Of a stretch of 64,000 nucleotides of DNA, positions 1 to 10,108 are shown in pieces (the first letter of the stretch is position 1; each line of letters starts with the position of its first letter). This stretch comes from a virus, in IMG/VR virus record IMGVR_UViG_3300042561_001378, positions 14,144 through 78,143 of that record. One strand, written 5' to 3'. The notes under the pieces are model-generated. The model was given only the letters and a program-made list of their open reading frames with translations. It was not told the DNA's origin and made no database searches. Position numbers and translations under genes: made by a program.

Positions 1-909
1 AATGACCAATGGGGCAAAGACAAGGAAACTGAGCTTCATTCAAAGTTTGCTAAATTCCGGCAAGGTGGGGAATGGTTCGCCCTGGCCGATGAACTAAGAT
101 TTTTTATTGAATCTATCAATCCTAAAGCGTTTGGAAAGACCAGAGCTAAGAGCATGAGGGCTAATCAATTGGCTATGCCATCAACCCCAGAAGCTAACGA
201 CAACTCAACCGAAGCTTGCTTTAATTGGTACAGAAGATTGTGGGATGAGTGCAACTCAGCCAAATTATTTAGAATATTGCACTGTAATGAAAAGTTTCTT
301 GATGATGCAAAAGAACAACAAAAATGGATTAATGATGCTATTGAATTAGGGTATGACGAGATAAGATGGCGGATCCCAGGTGAATCTGACGTTTATCCTG
401 AGATGTACTTAGAAACCAATGGGATAGCGTTTCTGTTAATAGACGCATTAGCCAGCATCCACGGCATTAATATGTCAAAACATCGGTATGCTAGCAGCGC
501 AGAACTCTATCCATTGTTTAGACGCTATTTTGAAGCGACATTTTACAATGATAGGAATTGGAAAGCCTACTCAAAATATGTTAAAGAATGTAGAGGAGAG
601 GAGTCTGTTAACCAACGCTCAGATACATTCTGGTGTTTTGTTGACTGCGTAGTAGCTTGGTCATGGCTTAATAATGATCAACCCATTGTTAATTTGCAAG
701 GGTTTTCTGACAAGGTTAAATTCTTTTGTGCAATTATGCCTACTCCGTACAGGGTAAAGCACATTGTAGAAAAAGACGTTGGGTTCTATTGCCATAGGGA
801 TGACTCAATCGCAGGCTTTATGAAATTTTGTGACTTTTATGGCTTTGAGCCGATTTACGACTCAGAAGAAAGAACTGTGTCTATCAAGCAACAAAAGGAT
901 GCAGCATGA
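1..909 (+). CDS. T5orf172/GIY-YIG-like domain protein (5' truncated by window)
   Basis: Frame 1 is open from base 1 into ORF 154..909. The upstream part reads KETELHSKFAKFRQGGEWF, matching the E-x-x-LH-x-x-F-x3-R-x-x-GEWF signature of T5orf172-type domains. AT-rich. Confidence 0.6.
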   Translation, partial: NDQWGKDKETELHSKFAKFRQGGEWFALADELRFFIESINPKAFGKTRAKSMRANQLAMPSTPEANDNSTEACFNWYRRLWDECNSAKLFRILHCNEKFLDDAKEQQKWINDAIELGYDEIRWRIPGESDVYPEMYLETNGIAFLLIDALASIHGINMSKHRYASSAELYPLFRRYFEATFYNDRNWKAYSKYVKECRGEESVNQRSDTFWCFVDCVVAWSWLNNDQPIVNLQGFSDKVKFFCAIMPTPYRVKHIVEKDVGFYCHRDDSIAGFMKFCDFYGFEPIYDSEERTVSIKQQKDAA

Positions 910-1252
910 AACCTAGCCGATGGGCCTTGTATGCCGAAAGCTCAGACATATTCTGGAAAGCTTGCATCCGTGGGCAATCTGCCTACTACGAATGGCTCCT
1001 AACTCCCATCTGGAATATCCCACGGCGGCTATACCTGCGATCGGTGTGCCGCCGTTGTCAGGTCATTGCGGATAGAATATCGCCATCACATATCACTGAC
1101 CCCATCGCCACTTCATGCCGCAGGGCCTATCGTTGATGCTACAGAACTCTATGGGCTGTAGCTTTGCCCCCTGCCACGCCTGCCAGCCCATCACCGACGC
1201 GATCGCCACCAATGCCGCTACCCCAACCACAGCCGCTACTTTGTAAAACATA

Positions 1253-2005
1253 ATGGATATCTCTAAAATTACTGCCCAGGCTACCCGCTACCGGGCCAGC
1301 ATCGGGGCTAACTACCGGGCGGTGCGGTACAACGGCACCCAACTTAACGTTAACCCAACGATTGATCATATGGGGCTAGACGTAGCCTTCCTCGCCACCG
1401 ATGCAGTTCGCAACTCGATTGAGAAGTGGAAGTGCTACTTGTCCAAAGAAATCTTAGCCGAGTCCAAGATCCCCGCTACTGCCCTGGCTGACTACGACTT
1501 TGGAGCCTGGGAGATTTTTGAGGATGGAGCCTGGCTCAAAGTATTCATCCAGGATGTACCCAAGCAACAAACCGGGCGATGGGAGCTCACCTTTGCCCGT
1601 GGCCTGGTCGAGGTGACAATGACCGTAACCTACCGAGTGGGCTCTGGCACCTTTACGACAGACCCTGCCACAGGCAACCCCATCGAGGCCAGCACCGCCG
1701 CTACCTATTACGCCGTGGTATCCCAGGGCAGGGGCAGGGCTGCCGCCGTGGAGGTCGCAGGGCTACCAGCGGGGCGGCTATTCCTCGAAGGCCATTTCAG
1801 CACCGCTACCGGGGAACCAGCGTTGATGCCCGCTAACCTACAAATCCAAAAGCCCTGGCCTGCTGTGCTAGCGGTCGGCAATGGCCTAGAGGTCGAGGGT
1901 ACATTCTCCGCAGCCCTGTCCGGGGCCAGCCCCTGGAATGCTACCGAACTAGGGCGCGGTGGTAAGCTGCAAGGGAACTTTATTAGCGCTGGGAGTGGCC
2001 GGTAA
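1253..2005 (+). CDS. putative phage virion/head-tail joining protein
   Basis: 250-aa ORF heading the tail operon; called from position only. Confidence 0.35.
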   Translation: MDISKITAQATRYRASIGANYRAVRYNGTQLNVNPTIDHMGLDVAFLATDAVRNSIEKWKCYLSKEILAESKIPATALADYDFGAWEIFEDGAWLKVFIQDVPKQQTGRWELTFARGLVEVTMTVTYRVGSGTFTTDPATGNPIEASTAATYYAVVSQGRGRAAAVEVAGLPAGRLFLEGHFSTATGEPALMPANLQIQKPWPAVLAVGNGLEVEGTFSAALSGASPWNATELGRGGKLQGNFISAGSGR

Positions 2006-2289
2006 TGGATGCCGAAATAAATAAGTTAGTCGAAGCTGGCGACGTTGAAGCCATTGAAGCGATCGCCGAAACCCATTATGCAAACGAAGCGATCGCCGCT
2101 AAATTCCGCGAAGTAGAAATGCTAGAGCCTGAGTTTACCCCGGCTGAAATCTCGGTAAATTCTCAGGGGTGGAAGTATTTTGTCGGGCTTACCCCTGGCC
2201 AATGTGTCTCCGTCGAGGGGGCTACCTACCAGGGCATCCCGATCGTCATTGATAGGGCTCAGATTGAGCCTGTGGTGATTGTGCCTTAG
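2005..2289 (+). CDS. hypothetical protein
   Basis: 94-aa ORF, TAATG-coupled to the upstream gene. Confidence 0.5.
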   Translation: MDAEINKLVEAGDVEAIEAIAETHYANEAIAAKFREVEMLEPEFTPAEISVNSQGWKYFVGLTPGQCVSVEGATYQGIPIVIDRAQIEPVVIVP

Positions 2290-2711
2290 AGCGTCACCTG
2301 ATCCCCCATTACCAGTAGATAGAGTTGCTGAAAACTGAGCCCCAATGCAGCCCGCCGCGCTTCGAACCGTCGGCGGGTTTCTGCTATGGTCAGCCCTGTC
2401 TTTTCAGCCAGGGGTGCAAAGGTACTCCCGTCAAATTCTTCGGCCCACAGGCAAAACAACTGCGCCGGTGGAATCTGCCAATCATGGGCCAGGGCGATGA
2501 GGTCATCGACGGCCCATGCGACTAGCCCCGATTCTCGCTTTGAATATTGGTGCAGGGTCAGGGCTGTTTGGGCTCGGTACGCGGCATCGACTGTTGGGTA
2601 GCCGAGCGATCGCCGGACTTCCCTAAACGCTGCCACCATCCGCCGCCGATTATTTGCCAAATCTGCCTGCCAAAAGAGCGTAATCCCCGCCCCTATAGTA
2701 GCCCAGCCCAT
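2286..2711 (-). CDS. hypothetical (possibly HTH-like) protein in opposite orientation within the tail operon
   Basis: 141-aa ORF filling the gap between + strand tail genes; true start may be internal. Confidence 0.35.
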   Translation of the reverse strand: MGWATIGAGITLFWQADLANNRRRMVAAFREVRRSLGYPTVDAAYRAQTALTLHQYSKRESGLVAWAVDDLIALAHDWQIPPAQLFCLWAEEFDGSTFAPLAEKTGLTIAETRRRFEARRAALGLSFQQLYLLVMGDQVTL

Positions 2712-2722
2712 AGTCTAGGGGC

Positions 2723-3115
2723 ATGGCTACACTCCGATGGAATCCCCCTAAACTCACCGCCGCCACTGCCGTCTATACCTGGGGAGTGCCCTATGCTGCG
2801 GCCCAGCATGAGGGGGCAACCCTACGCAATGGTGGCACTATCCCGCCCCGTCCCTGGACTGAGTACCCGTTAGAGAATGGTCTGAAACTCGATGAGGATT
2901 TGGCCAACAACTATCGACGTTCTCAAAACCTAGGTACAGCGTTCAAGGCTACGGCCACCACCTACAACCGGGCCATGCAGGAAGCGATCGCGGCTTCGGT
3001 GTGGAACTGGCCCAGGCGTACTGTGCGGCGGTCGGGGGAGGTCGCTGGGTCACCGCGCAACATCGTGGATACAGGCGACTTGCTCAATTCCCAAAAACTG
3101 AGTTTTGAGCGATGA
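2723..3115 (+). CDS. phage virion morphogenesis / tail completion protein
   Basis: YAAAQHEG...IPPRPW and RNIVDTGDLLNS motifs typical of virion morphogenesis proteins; lies before the tail tube. Confidence 0.7.
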   Translation: MATLRWNPPKLTAATAVYTWGVPYAAAQHEGATLRNGGTIPPRPWTEYPLENGLKLDEDLANNYRRSQNLGTAFKATATTYNRAMQEAIAASVWNWPRRTVRRSGEVAGSPRNIVDTGDLLNSQKLSFER

Positions 3116-3498
3116 CCAAGTTTGCCACCGTCTCAGACCTACGCGGTTCTTTGGCTACCTTGCTCAATGCTGAGCTAGGCACCTTTGAGAATGGGATCAA
3201 GCGCATCTGGGTACGGCCCCCTGACCCACCAGCGGGGGCGGCTGAGGGGCTAGAGTGCATCATCCAGCGCATCCCCGCAGGTGCTGTCCGGGGTAGCAGT
3301 GGGGGGCAGCGAAAAGACCTCCGGCGCTGGGTGGTGACCCTCACCAACTACGCCGAGGATGGGGCCATGGCCACCGCCACTGACAAGATCAAAGCCACCT
3401 ATACCCTAGCCACGGCCCCCCGCTATGTGCCCCCCACTGACAAAAACTACGAAAGCATAAGCTTCCAAATTTTCGATCCCACCCTCATTAATCCTTAG
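3112..3498 (+). CDS. putative tail terminator protein
   Basis: 128 aa, ATGA overlap, lies between the morphogenesis gene and the major tail gene. Confidence 0.5.
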   Translation: MTKFATVSDLRGSLATLLNAELGTFENGIKRIWVRPPDPPAGAAEGLECIIQRIPAGAVRGSSGGQRKDLRRWVVTLTNYAEDGAMATATDKIKATYTLATAPRYVPPTDKNYESISFQIFDPTLINP

Positions 3499-3507
3499 GA
3501 GTCAACC

Positions 3508-4461
3508 ATGGGTTTCCCCACTGCGCTATCTGCCTCAACTAATCCCCGGGTCTACGTTGCCCGCATCCCAACCGGCAACAGCCTGCCGACCTTGTACGGC
3601 TTCGCCAGCACCGATGCTGAAGCGGCGGGTAGCACCACTATCACCCTCGACCTAACCACCGTTGACGGCGGCGCCGCATCGGGCACCGTTGAACTAGAAC
3701 ACGATCAACCCATCCTATTCCCCGCCGACGCTGTAGCGAACCCCGTACTCGTCAAGGGTGCTGGCACCTTAGGCAGCCACACGATCATTGTGGATAACGG
3801 TACTGCACTGCCCACCAATAGCGTAGCCGTCGGAGACTACATCACCTTCGCTGGCGATGCCCAGCTATACCGCATCACAGCCCGTACCGCCGCCTCTACT
3901 GATTACACCATCCGGGTATTCCCTGCCCTCAAGTCTGCTCCCGCCGACAATGCCGTAGTGACGGTCTACAACCTGCTACGCCTCAACCTGGCCTCCGGCG
4001 TCCAGTTCGTGACCATCACCACCGCTGGCGTATCGGTGCCTGTGACCGGCTGTACCTACAGCATGGCTGCCACTGCCGCCTCGCTAGCCACCCCTGCCTA
4101 CAAGCAACTCCTGGGCATCGAGTCGTCTAGCCCAACCACTTCAGTCGAAACCGCTGACGTAACCACCAACACCCTAGTCACGACCCTACGAGGCACCGTC
4201 GGCTTTGAGCTGGCCGTGGAGGGCATCGGTATCCCTGGCGATGCAGCCTTCCGTGAGATTATCCAGCCATTCCTGCTAGACAAAGATCGGGCCGCTGAGT
4301 CCCTCTACACCCGCTATGAATCTTCAAGCGGCGCAAAGGTCTACCAAGGGCCAGGCTCATTGACCGAGGCCGACGCCGGGGAAACCGTCAACGAAGCCGA
4401 CACCTACTCGGTCACCATGTCAATCTCAATAGGTTCTGACTTTGGTTACTGGATCCGTTAA
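3508..4461 (+). CDS. major tail tube protein with beta-rich insertion
   Basis: AGGAG RBS; Thr/Ala/Val-rich; C-terminal ETADVTT...YQGPG...YSVTMS tail-tube-like region; lies upstream of chaperones and tape measure. Confidence 0.65.
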   Translation: MGFPTALSASTNPRVYVARIPTGNSLPTLYGFASTDAEAAGSTTITLDLTTVDGGAASGTVELEHDQPILFPADAVANPVLVKGAGTLGSHTIIVDNGTALPTNSVAVGDYITFAGDAQLYRITARTAASTDYTIRVFPALKSAPADNAVVTVYNLLRLNLASGVQFVTITTAGVSVPVTGCTYSMAATAASLATPAYKQLLGIESSSPTTSVETADVTTNTLVTTLRGTVGFELAVEGIGIPGDAAFREIIQPFLLDKDRAAESLYTRYESSSGAKVYQGPGSLTEADAGETVNEADTYSVTMSISIGSDFGYWIR

Positions 4462-4696
4462 GTACCTCAGCTCTAGCCGCCTACACTGCATCGACTGTCA
4501 GGTCGTGGGTGGGCGGCTAGAGGCTGGCTGGGTCTACAGCGATGGCTATTTGATGCCCGTCGAAACCCTGACCGATGGCCATGGCTTTGAGGTAAGGGTC
4601 GCCATCCCTGAAGACATCCAAGCCCTACAGCAACCCTCTACTTTCTCATTCGCTAACGAACCCGTGGAGTTCTATCTTGCCCATGAAAGCACTTGA
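4442..4696 (+). CDS. hypothetical tail protein
   Basis: 84-aa ORF bridging the tail tube and chaperone genes. Confidence 0.4.
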   Translation: MVTGSVKYLSSSRLHCIDCQVVGGRLEAGWVYSDGYLMPVETLTDGHGFEVRVAIPEDIQALQQPSTFSFANEPVEFYLAHEST

Positions 4697-5390
4697 TTTA
4701 GTGGCTGCTCTGCCCAAACTGGGGGGCTTTAATCGCCTAGAGAAGGAAGAATATTACCGCCTATTCCTGCAATCCAGTGAAGATACCGTGGCCCTGCTGA
4801 CCATCGCCGCCGAGATTGCTGCCGACAAGGGCTGGAGTCAGGAAGAAGCAATCACCCGGCTCCAAAATATGGAGACTGGCAACCCTGAAGATTTATTGGC
4901 CCTATCCGACCATCTCCCCCGCATCCTGGAATTTGACCAAGCTAAGAAGCGGGCCAAAATCATGGAAGGGTTTGCCCTCGCCCAACTCATACTCATTTCG
5001 CGTTTGCCCGTGGCCTGGATTCGGGGCCAGTCTAAAGTCCTCGCCGCCTACGGCATAGAGATTGACTGCGATGCCCTAGGCGAGATTCCCCGCCGCGATT
5101 GGCTATCCAGTGACGTGCGCCGGGGGGCGATCGCCCAAATCGTTGACCTACTGCCCGAGCAATTTATCCGGCCCCTCGAAGACTTTGCCATTGCAGAATT
5201 GAACGAAGGCCGCACCGACTATGTTTCAGCAGAGGATAGGGACGAAACCCCTTTAGTCGTGCCCAGCGAATCCTTAGCGAATGCCGCACCGCCTTCGAAA
5301 GAGAGCGTGAGTTCTGGGATAAATGCTACTTCCGAATCCAGAGCGCTGGTGTTCAAGACCCCTGTTACCACTGGCAAGAAATCGGCCTAA
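4683..5390 (+). CDS. tail assembly chaperone (gpG-like)
   Basis: Lies between tail tube and tape measure; contains in-frame slippery heptamer C CCT TTA at 5249-5255. Confidence 0.7.
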   Translation: MKALDLVAALPKLGGFNRLEKEEYYRLFLQSSEDTVALLTIAAEIAADKGWSQEEAITRLQNMETGNPEDLLALSDHLPRILEFDQAKKRAKIMEGFALAQLILISRLPVAWIRGQSKVLAAYGIEIDCDALGEIPRRDWLSSDVRRGAIAQIVDLLPEQFIRPLEDFAIAELNEGRTDYVSAEDRDETPLVVPSESLANAAPPSKESVSSGINATSESRALVFKTPVTTGKKSA

Positions 5391-5689
5391 CCCCTATCTG
5401 GCGAGTTCGGCAAATGGTATCGACGCTGATTGAGCAAGACGAACTCAAGGCCAGGGCTAGCAGCTATGCGATCGCCCGCTTTGCCCTGACTCAAATCAGC
5501 CGCAAGGGCACCAAAATATCCATCGAAGACTTCATGCCCTACGCCGATCCCAACGCCGCGCAGAAGCAGGGTGAGGGTATCCCGGCCAAGACCGTGGCGA
5601 TCATGCGGCAATTGGTCAAGGGGCGAGCGTTACCAGCTCGGGTGGAGGCAGCAGCAATACGGGCATTAGGGGGAATGGGCGATGGCTGA
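5249..5689 (+). CDS. -1 frameshift extension of tail assembly chaperone (gpGT-like)
   Basis: The -1 frame is open from the slippery site (PFSRAQRILSECRTAFEREREFWDKCYFRIQ...) into ORF 5414..5689, which overlaps the tape measure start. Confidence 0.7.
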   Translation, partial: PFSRAQRILSECRTAFEREREFWDKCYFRIQSAGVQDPCYHWQEIGLTPIWRVRQMVSTLIEQDELKARASSYAIARFALTQISRKGTKISIEDFMPYADPNAAQKQGEGIPAKTVAIMRQLVKGRALPARVEAAAIRALGGMGDG

Positions 5690-8600
5690 TTTAGGTGAAC
5701 TCGTACTCAGGCTTAGGGTTGACAGTAGTCAGTACACCCGCGACCTACTCAGGGCCAGGGCCCAGGCTGCTGCGCTCAAAGATATCCGGGTTGGCCTCCG
5801 GCTTGACAATAGCCAGTACACCCGTGACTTACTCAAAGCCAGGACACAGGCTCAGTCGCTGAAAGATATCCGGGTTGGTCTACAGCTTGACAGTAGCCAA
5901 TACACCCGCGACCTACTCAGTGCCAGAGCCCAGGCTGAAGCGCTCAAAGATATCCGGGTTAATCTCCGGGCTGAGGGCCTCGGGGGCGTTGATGCTGGCC
6001 TACAGAGAGTCGGAGCCGGTACCCGTGATGTGAGAACATCGTTTTCTGTCTTGCAGGGGGCCATCCAGGGCGCAGCCCAGGCCATCACCCAAAGCCTGAT
6101 TCAGATCGGCGGGTCATTGCTAAAGCTCCCTCTCAATATTGTGGGTGGGTCGCTTAATAGCTTTGCGGGATTAGAGACAGAGCTAGTAAAATTAGGCGCA
6201 TTGTCCACCCTGGGCCGAGAGGGCATACAACCCATAGCCGATGAAATCCAGAGGCTTGGCCAAGTTTCTACGAAAACGCAGGTAGAAGTCGCCCAGGCCG
6301 CAAATACTTTGTCTACGCTAGGCGTATCGCCTGATGAGATTCAAAAACGATTGCCTGGTATAGTTGCGCTCTCAGAAGCAACTGGAGCCGGTTTAGTTGA
6401 AGCGGCTAAGCTTAGTACATCCGCAGCTACCATTTTTGGGTTTTCATCTGATGAAATCGCAGATCGATTAGCATCTTTAGCGATTGACAGCGCTGCGGAT
6501 GTTGGAGACGTTCAACAGCTTTTACAACAAACTAGCGGTATCTTTAATCAGTTAGGAGATTCAGCAGATCCGGACGAACTATTAGCTTTTTTTGCTACAC
6601 TCCGCGATGCAGACATAAGCGCAGACGTGGGGGCTACAGGTTTAGCGTCAGTAATTGAAACATTAGTAGACCCCAAAAAAGCTGACGAATTAAAAGAGCT
6701 AGGAGTTAGCGCATTCGACGCAGAAGGCAATTTCCTGGGGTTTGAAACTGTACTCAGGCAATTGGCAGCAACGCAAAAAACCTTGAACCCTAAAGATTTC
6801 ACAGGTAAACTTATTGGTACTTTTGGGGCTGGAGGTATTGAAGCAATTGCAGGAGGACTAGGCGGTTTAGATACAAGCTTTAATAAAGTATTTAATGGAC
6901 TAAAAAATTCTGCTGGCAAAACTGATGTAATTACAGAAGAGCTACAAAAAGGACTTCCAGCCGCTATAGAACAATTTGGCGGATCCCTAGATACGCTTGA
7001 TGTTGCATTTGGTGCATCTATTGCATCTATTCAAGAAGGGTTATTACGACTAGGGACAACGTTGCTTAATACCTTAAGCGAGTCCGACATTTTTGAACAG
7101 CTTACTACCGCGTCCAATGGTTTCTTTGAGGCACTATCAAGCAACGAAGGGTTTGTTGCAGAGCTAGGCAAAACCCTCGTTGCCACATTGGGATCAGTCC
7201 TTAACGCCATTGCATCCGTCGTCACTCGAATCACAAACGAATTTGTAGCTAACCCTGAAGAGATCCTGGCCCGTGTTCAAGGTTTTGTGACTCAAGCTGG
7301 AGTCGTGATCACTAACGCCATTCTCGGGGCCGGTGCTGCCTTTCAGTTTATCGTCCAAAACTTTGACGCCATCGTCGCCGGGGTGCAGGCCCTGGGGGTT
7401 GTCATTGCCGCCGCGATCGCAGGCAATGTCATTGCCGGGGTAGTCTCGTTTGGGACGACCCTAGTCACCATCGCTACCACCATCATCCCCCTAGTTTCAG
7501 GGGCATTTACCGCGCTATCAGGCATCGTCTCCGGGCTATTGCTGGCATTCAAAGCGGGGGGCATTGCCGGGGTAGTGTCTAGCCTTGGCGCTACCTTCTC
7601 CCTGTTCGCGGCATCGTTGGCCCCTCTACTGCCCATCATTGCCGCCGTGGCTGGGGCGATCGCATTAATCGTCGTCGCGTTCAAGGCATTGCGGTCGGAG
7701 CGGGGCCAGGAAATTCTAGGTGCGATCGGGGCCAAGGCCACAGAATTGTTTGACTCATTCCGCAACAGCGAACCCGTAAAGGCGTTCTTAAATCTGCTGG
7801 ATTCAATCAGGGATCTAGGAGTCGCGCTCATCCCAGTTATCAAAAATGTAGCCGGAGAAATAATTCGACTTACTGGGGTTGGGATTGAAAATATAAAGTC
7901 AGCTTTTGCCTCAACGGGGATCAGCGTCAATGATATTTACAAAACATTGTTACTCATAAATCCTATTGCTGCCGGTACAATTGCTCTTGCCAAAACATTG
8001 CTTTCAATCGTTACCGACATTCTAAATAAGACCGCCACTGTCATTGACAACCTCACCGCTGCTATCAGTGGGCCGAAGAAATTTGAAGTATCAGGAGCTG
8101 ATGAACGGGCAGATACGATAAGGGAACAGGGCGTCAATCAGTTGACAGTAGCAGAGAAAACCGCTGCTGCTGCTAAACCCGATGCCGATAAACCCGATGC
8201 CGATAAAGCTGCTGCCGATAAAGCTGCTGCCGATAAAGCTGCCGCCGATAAAGCTGCCGCCGATAAAGCCGCTGCCGATAAAGCTGCTGCCAATAAAGCT
8301 GCTGCCAATAAAGCCGCCGCCGATGCCCTCGCCGCTGCTGAGAAAAAGGCTGAGGACGACAAGAACGCCCGCCAGACCGCCTTTGACAATGCCCGCATTG
8401 CCCGTGACATTGCCGCCGAAGATGCCAAACTAGCCCGTCAACGCGCGTTTGACGATACCAAACGCGCCAATGCGATTGCCCTAGAAGTCGAGATTGAGCG
8501 GCGCAAGATAGCGACTGAGCAGGCGATCGAGGACATCAAGGAAGAAGGGCGTATTCGGGAAGAGGCATTCAACAAAAAGCAAAATGAAGACAAACTAGCC

Positions 8601-9431
8601 TTCGAGGATGACCTGGCTGCTCGTCGCACTGCCGCTGAACGCCAGTTTGCTCTAGACGAAGCTGGGTCACTAGACGAGCGGAACAAGCTAGTCGAGGGCT
8701 TTGCCGCCGAAGATCGCAAGGCTGCGGTACTGGCCCCCTTTGAGCAAGAACAGCGCGACTTTGAGGCACAGCAACTAGAAGAACGCCGCATCTTTGAAGA
8801 ACAGCAACGCGCCCTTGATGCCGAAGCTGAAGAACTTAAGCGCCAGTCTGAGCTAGAAATCAACGCCCTCAACCTTGATGCCAAAAATCAAGAGATTGCC
8901 CTAGAGCGTGACTTCCAAAACAATGAACGCACCCTTGAGCGCCAAGCCAAAGAACAGGAGCGGGCTAGGGAGGCATCTTTTAACGCCACCGAGCGCAGGC
9001 TAGATGAAGAATCTGCCCGCAGGATTGAGGCACTCAAGTCCGGCAACGACGCCGCCGCCGTCACTGCCTTCCGTCGGGGTGGCACCTTCGCCGCTGGCCA
9101 AAACATTCTCGCGGGTGAGGCTGGCCCAGAGCTACTCAAGGTCGGCGGTAAGCAAGCCCTGGTCACCGAACCCAGCCTCATGCGCTTCGACTCCCCTGGC
9201 CGCGTCACCAGCGCACCCTCCACCCGGCGTAAACTATCCCAGGGGCAACTGAGTAGGGCCGGGGCTGGGGGTGAGCTCAAGGCCATGCGGAAGGCCCTGG
9301 AGCGATCGCTAGCTAGACCCCCCGCCGACATCAACACCACTGTGCAGGTGCAAGGGCTCAGTGCTGACCAGGTACGGCGGCAATTGGCCATGCACCAGTC
9401 AGACCTATACCGCAGCCTAGGGGGCCTCTGA
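5682..9431 (+). CDS. tail tape measure protein (TP901-like core)
   Basis: 1249 aa; MADLGELVLRLRVDSS N-terminus; TP901-type core; hydrophobic segments; coiled-coil C-terminus; AGEAGPEL motif. Confidence 0.9.
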   Translation: MADLGELVLRLRVDSSQYTRDLLRARAQAAALKDIRVGLRLDNSQYTRDLLKARTQAQSLKDIRVGLQLDSSQYTRDLLSARAQAEALKDIRVNLRAEGLGGVDAGLQRVGAGTRDVRTSFSVLQGAIQGAAQAITQSLIQIGGSLLKLPLNIVGGSLNSFAGLETELVKLGALSTLGREGIQPIADEIQRLGQVSTKTQVEVAQAANTLSTLGVSPDEIQKRLPGIVALSEATGAGLVEAAKLSTSAATIFGFSSDEIADRLASLAIDSAADVGDVQQLLQQTSGIFNQLGDSADPDELLAFFATLRDADISADVGATGLASVIETLVDPKKADELKELGVSAFDAEGNFLGFETVLRQLAATQKTLNPKDFTGKLIGTFGAGGIEAIAGGLGGLDTSFNKVFNGLKNSAGKTDVITEELQKGLPAAIEQFGGSLDTLDVAFGASIASIQEGLLRLGTTLLNTLSESDIFEQLTTASNGFFEALSSNEGFVAELGKTLVATLGSVLNAIASVVTRITNEFVANPEEILARVQGFVTQAGVVITNAILGAGAAFQFIVQNFDAIVAGVQALGVVIAAAIAGNVIAGVVSFGTTLVTIATTIIPLVSGAFTALSGIVSGLLLAFKAGGIAGVVSSLGATFSLFAASLAPLLPIIAAVAGAIALIVVAFKALRSERGQEILGAIGAKATELFDSFRNSEPVKAFLNLLDSIRDLGVALIPVIKNVAGEIIRLTGVGIENIKSAFASTGISVNDIYKTLLLINPIAAGTIALAKTLLSIVTDILNKTATVIDNLTAAISGPKKFEVSGADERADTIREQGVNQLTVAEKTAAAAKPDADKPDADKAAADKAAADKAAADKAAADKAAADKAAANKAAANKAAADALAAAEKKAEDDKNARQTAFDNARIARDIAAEDAKLARQRAFDDTKRANAIALEVEIERRKIATEQAIEDIKEEGRIREEAFNKKQNEDKLAFEDDLAARRTAAERQFALDEAGSLDERNKLVEGFAAEDRKAAVLAPFEQEQRDFEAQQLEERRIFEEQQRALDAEAEELKRQSELEINALNLDAKNQEIALERDFQNNERTLERQAKEQERAREASFNATERRLDEESARRIEALKSGNDAAAVTAFRRGGTFAAGQNILAGEAGPELLKVGGKQALVTEPSLMRFDSPGRVTSAPSTRRKLSQGQLSRAGAGGELKAMRKALERSLARPPADINTTVQVQGLSADQVRRQLAMHQSDLYRSLGGL
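5721..5960 (+). repeat. about 3 x 84-bp tandem repeat (DSSQYTRDLLxARxQAxxLKDIRVGLxL) in the tape measure N-terminus
   Basis: gacagtagtcagtacacccg-like units start at 5721, 5805 and 5889. Confidence 0.9.
8164..8325 (+). repeat. 15-bp coding VNTR (gctgctgccgataaa; KAAAD) in the tape measure
   Basis: About 10 tandem KPDAD/KAAAD/KAAAN units. Confidence 0.9.
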
Positions 9432-9907
9432 TGTCCAACAAATTCACGCTGATTCTTGCAGGGCAGACGAGCATTGTCCTTACCCATTCCGCCGGTCAAC
9501 TGTTTGCCCCCGCGCAGCTAGGGTTCACCAGCGTGGGCGACACCAATCTTCGAGGCATCTCACTGGTCGGCGCTACCCCGGTTCAACCCCTCGACCTGGT
9601 TTTCGACGCGGCCTTGACCAATGCGCAATTCTGCACCTTCCAGCAGTTTGCGTACCAGCAGGAGGTGGGGGGCCAGAAGGGGGATATCGTGCTTAGGAAT
9701 GAATGGTATCGAATCAACGCCAACTGGGCTGCTGTCAATAACCGATCGACCGTGGGCAGCGCTGTCACCACCGCTGGCATATCTCAGAGTTACGTCCAGT
9801 ATCCTGTGCTTCTGCTATTGCCAGAGGATTGGTTTGAGCCCCTGGGCCAGAACAGCGGGGGGCAGTGGTGGTCGGTGAAGTTTACGGCGAAGGAGCTGAC
9901 GGCTTAG
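9431..9907 (+). CDS. putative distal tail protein
   Basis: Immediately follows the tape measure (TGATG overlap); C-terminal WSVKFTAKE. Confidence 0.5.
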   Translation: MSNKFTLILAGQTSIVLTHSAGQLFAPAQLGFTSVGDTNLRGISLVGATPVQPLDLVFDAALTNAQFCTFQQFAYQQEVGGQKGDIVLRNEWYRINANWAAVNNRSTVGSAVTTAGISQSYVQYPVLLLLPEDWFEPLGQNSGGQWWSVKFTAKELTA

Positions 9908-10108
9908 CTTCCCATTCATCGGGCATGGGGTGAGGGGCTATGGGAGAGGCGGCAACAATCGCGGTAGTACCACGGTTGAAAAATGCTGTAAAGTAGGGGT
10001 GGATTCCGTTGCAAGATTCCCCCCTACTTATGGTGCCTGTGCACATCTCTACTTTAAGGGATGTGCTTGGTAGCTAGGAAGGGATTGTCCTCTTACCACA
10101 GCAAAACC

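Noticed and set aside
5852-9499. Minus-strand ORFs within the tape measure
   Set aside because: Antisense shadows of an Ala-rich coding sequence.
9978-9986. aaaaatgct upstream of the RAMP gene equals the first 9 nt of the concatenated unit-1 NN string
   Set aside because: Short, low-complexity and does not extend; expected by chance.
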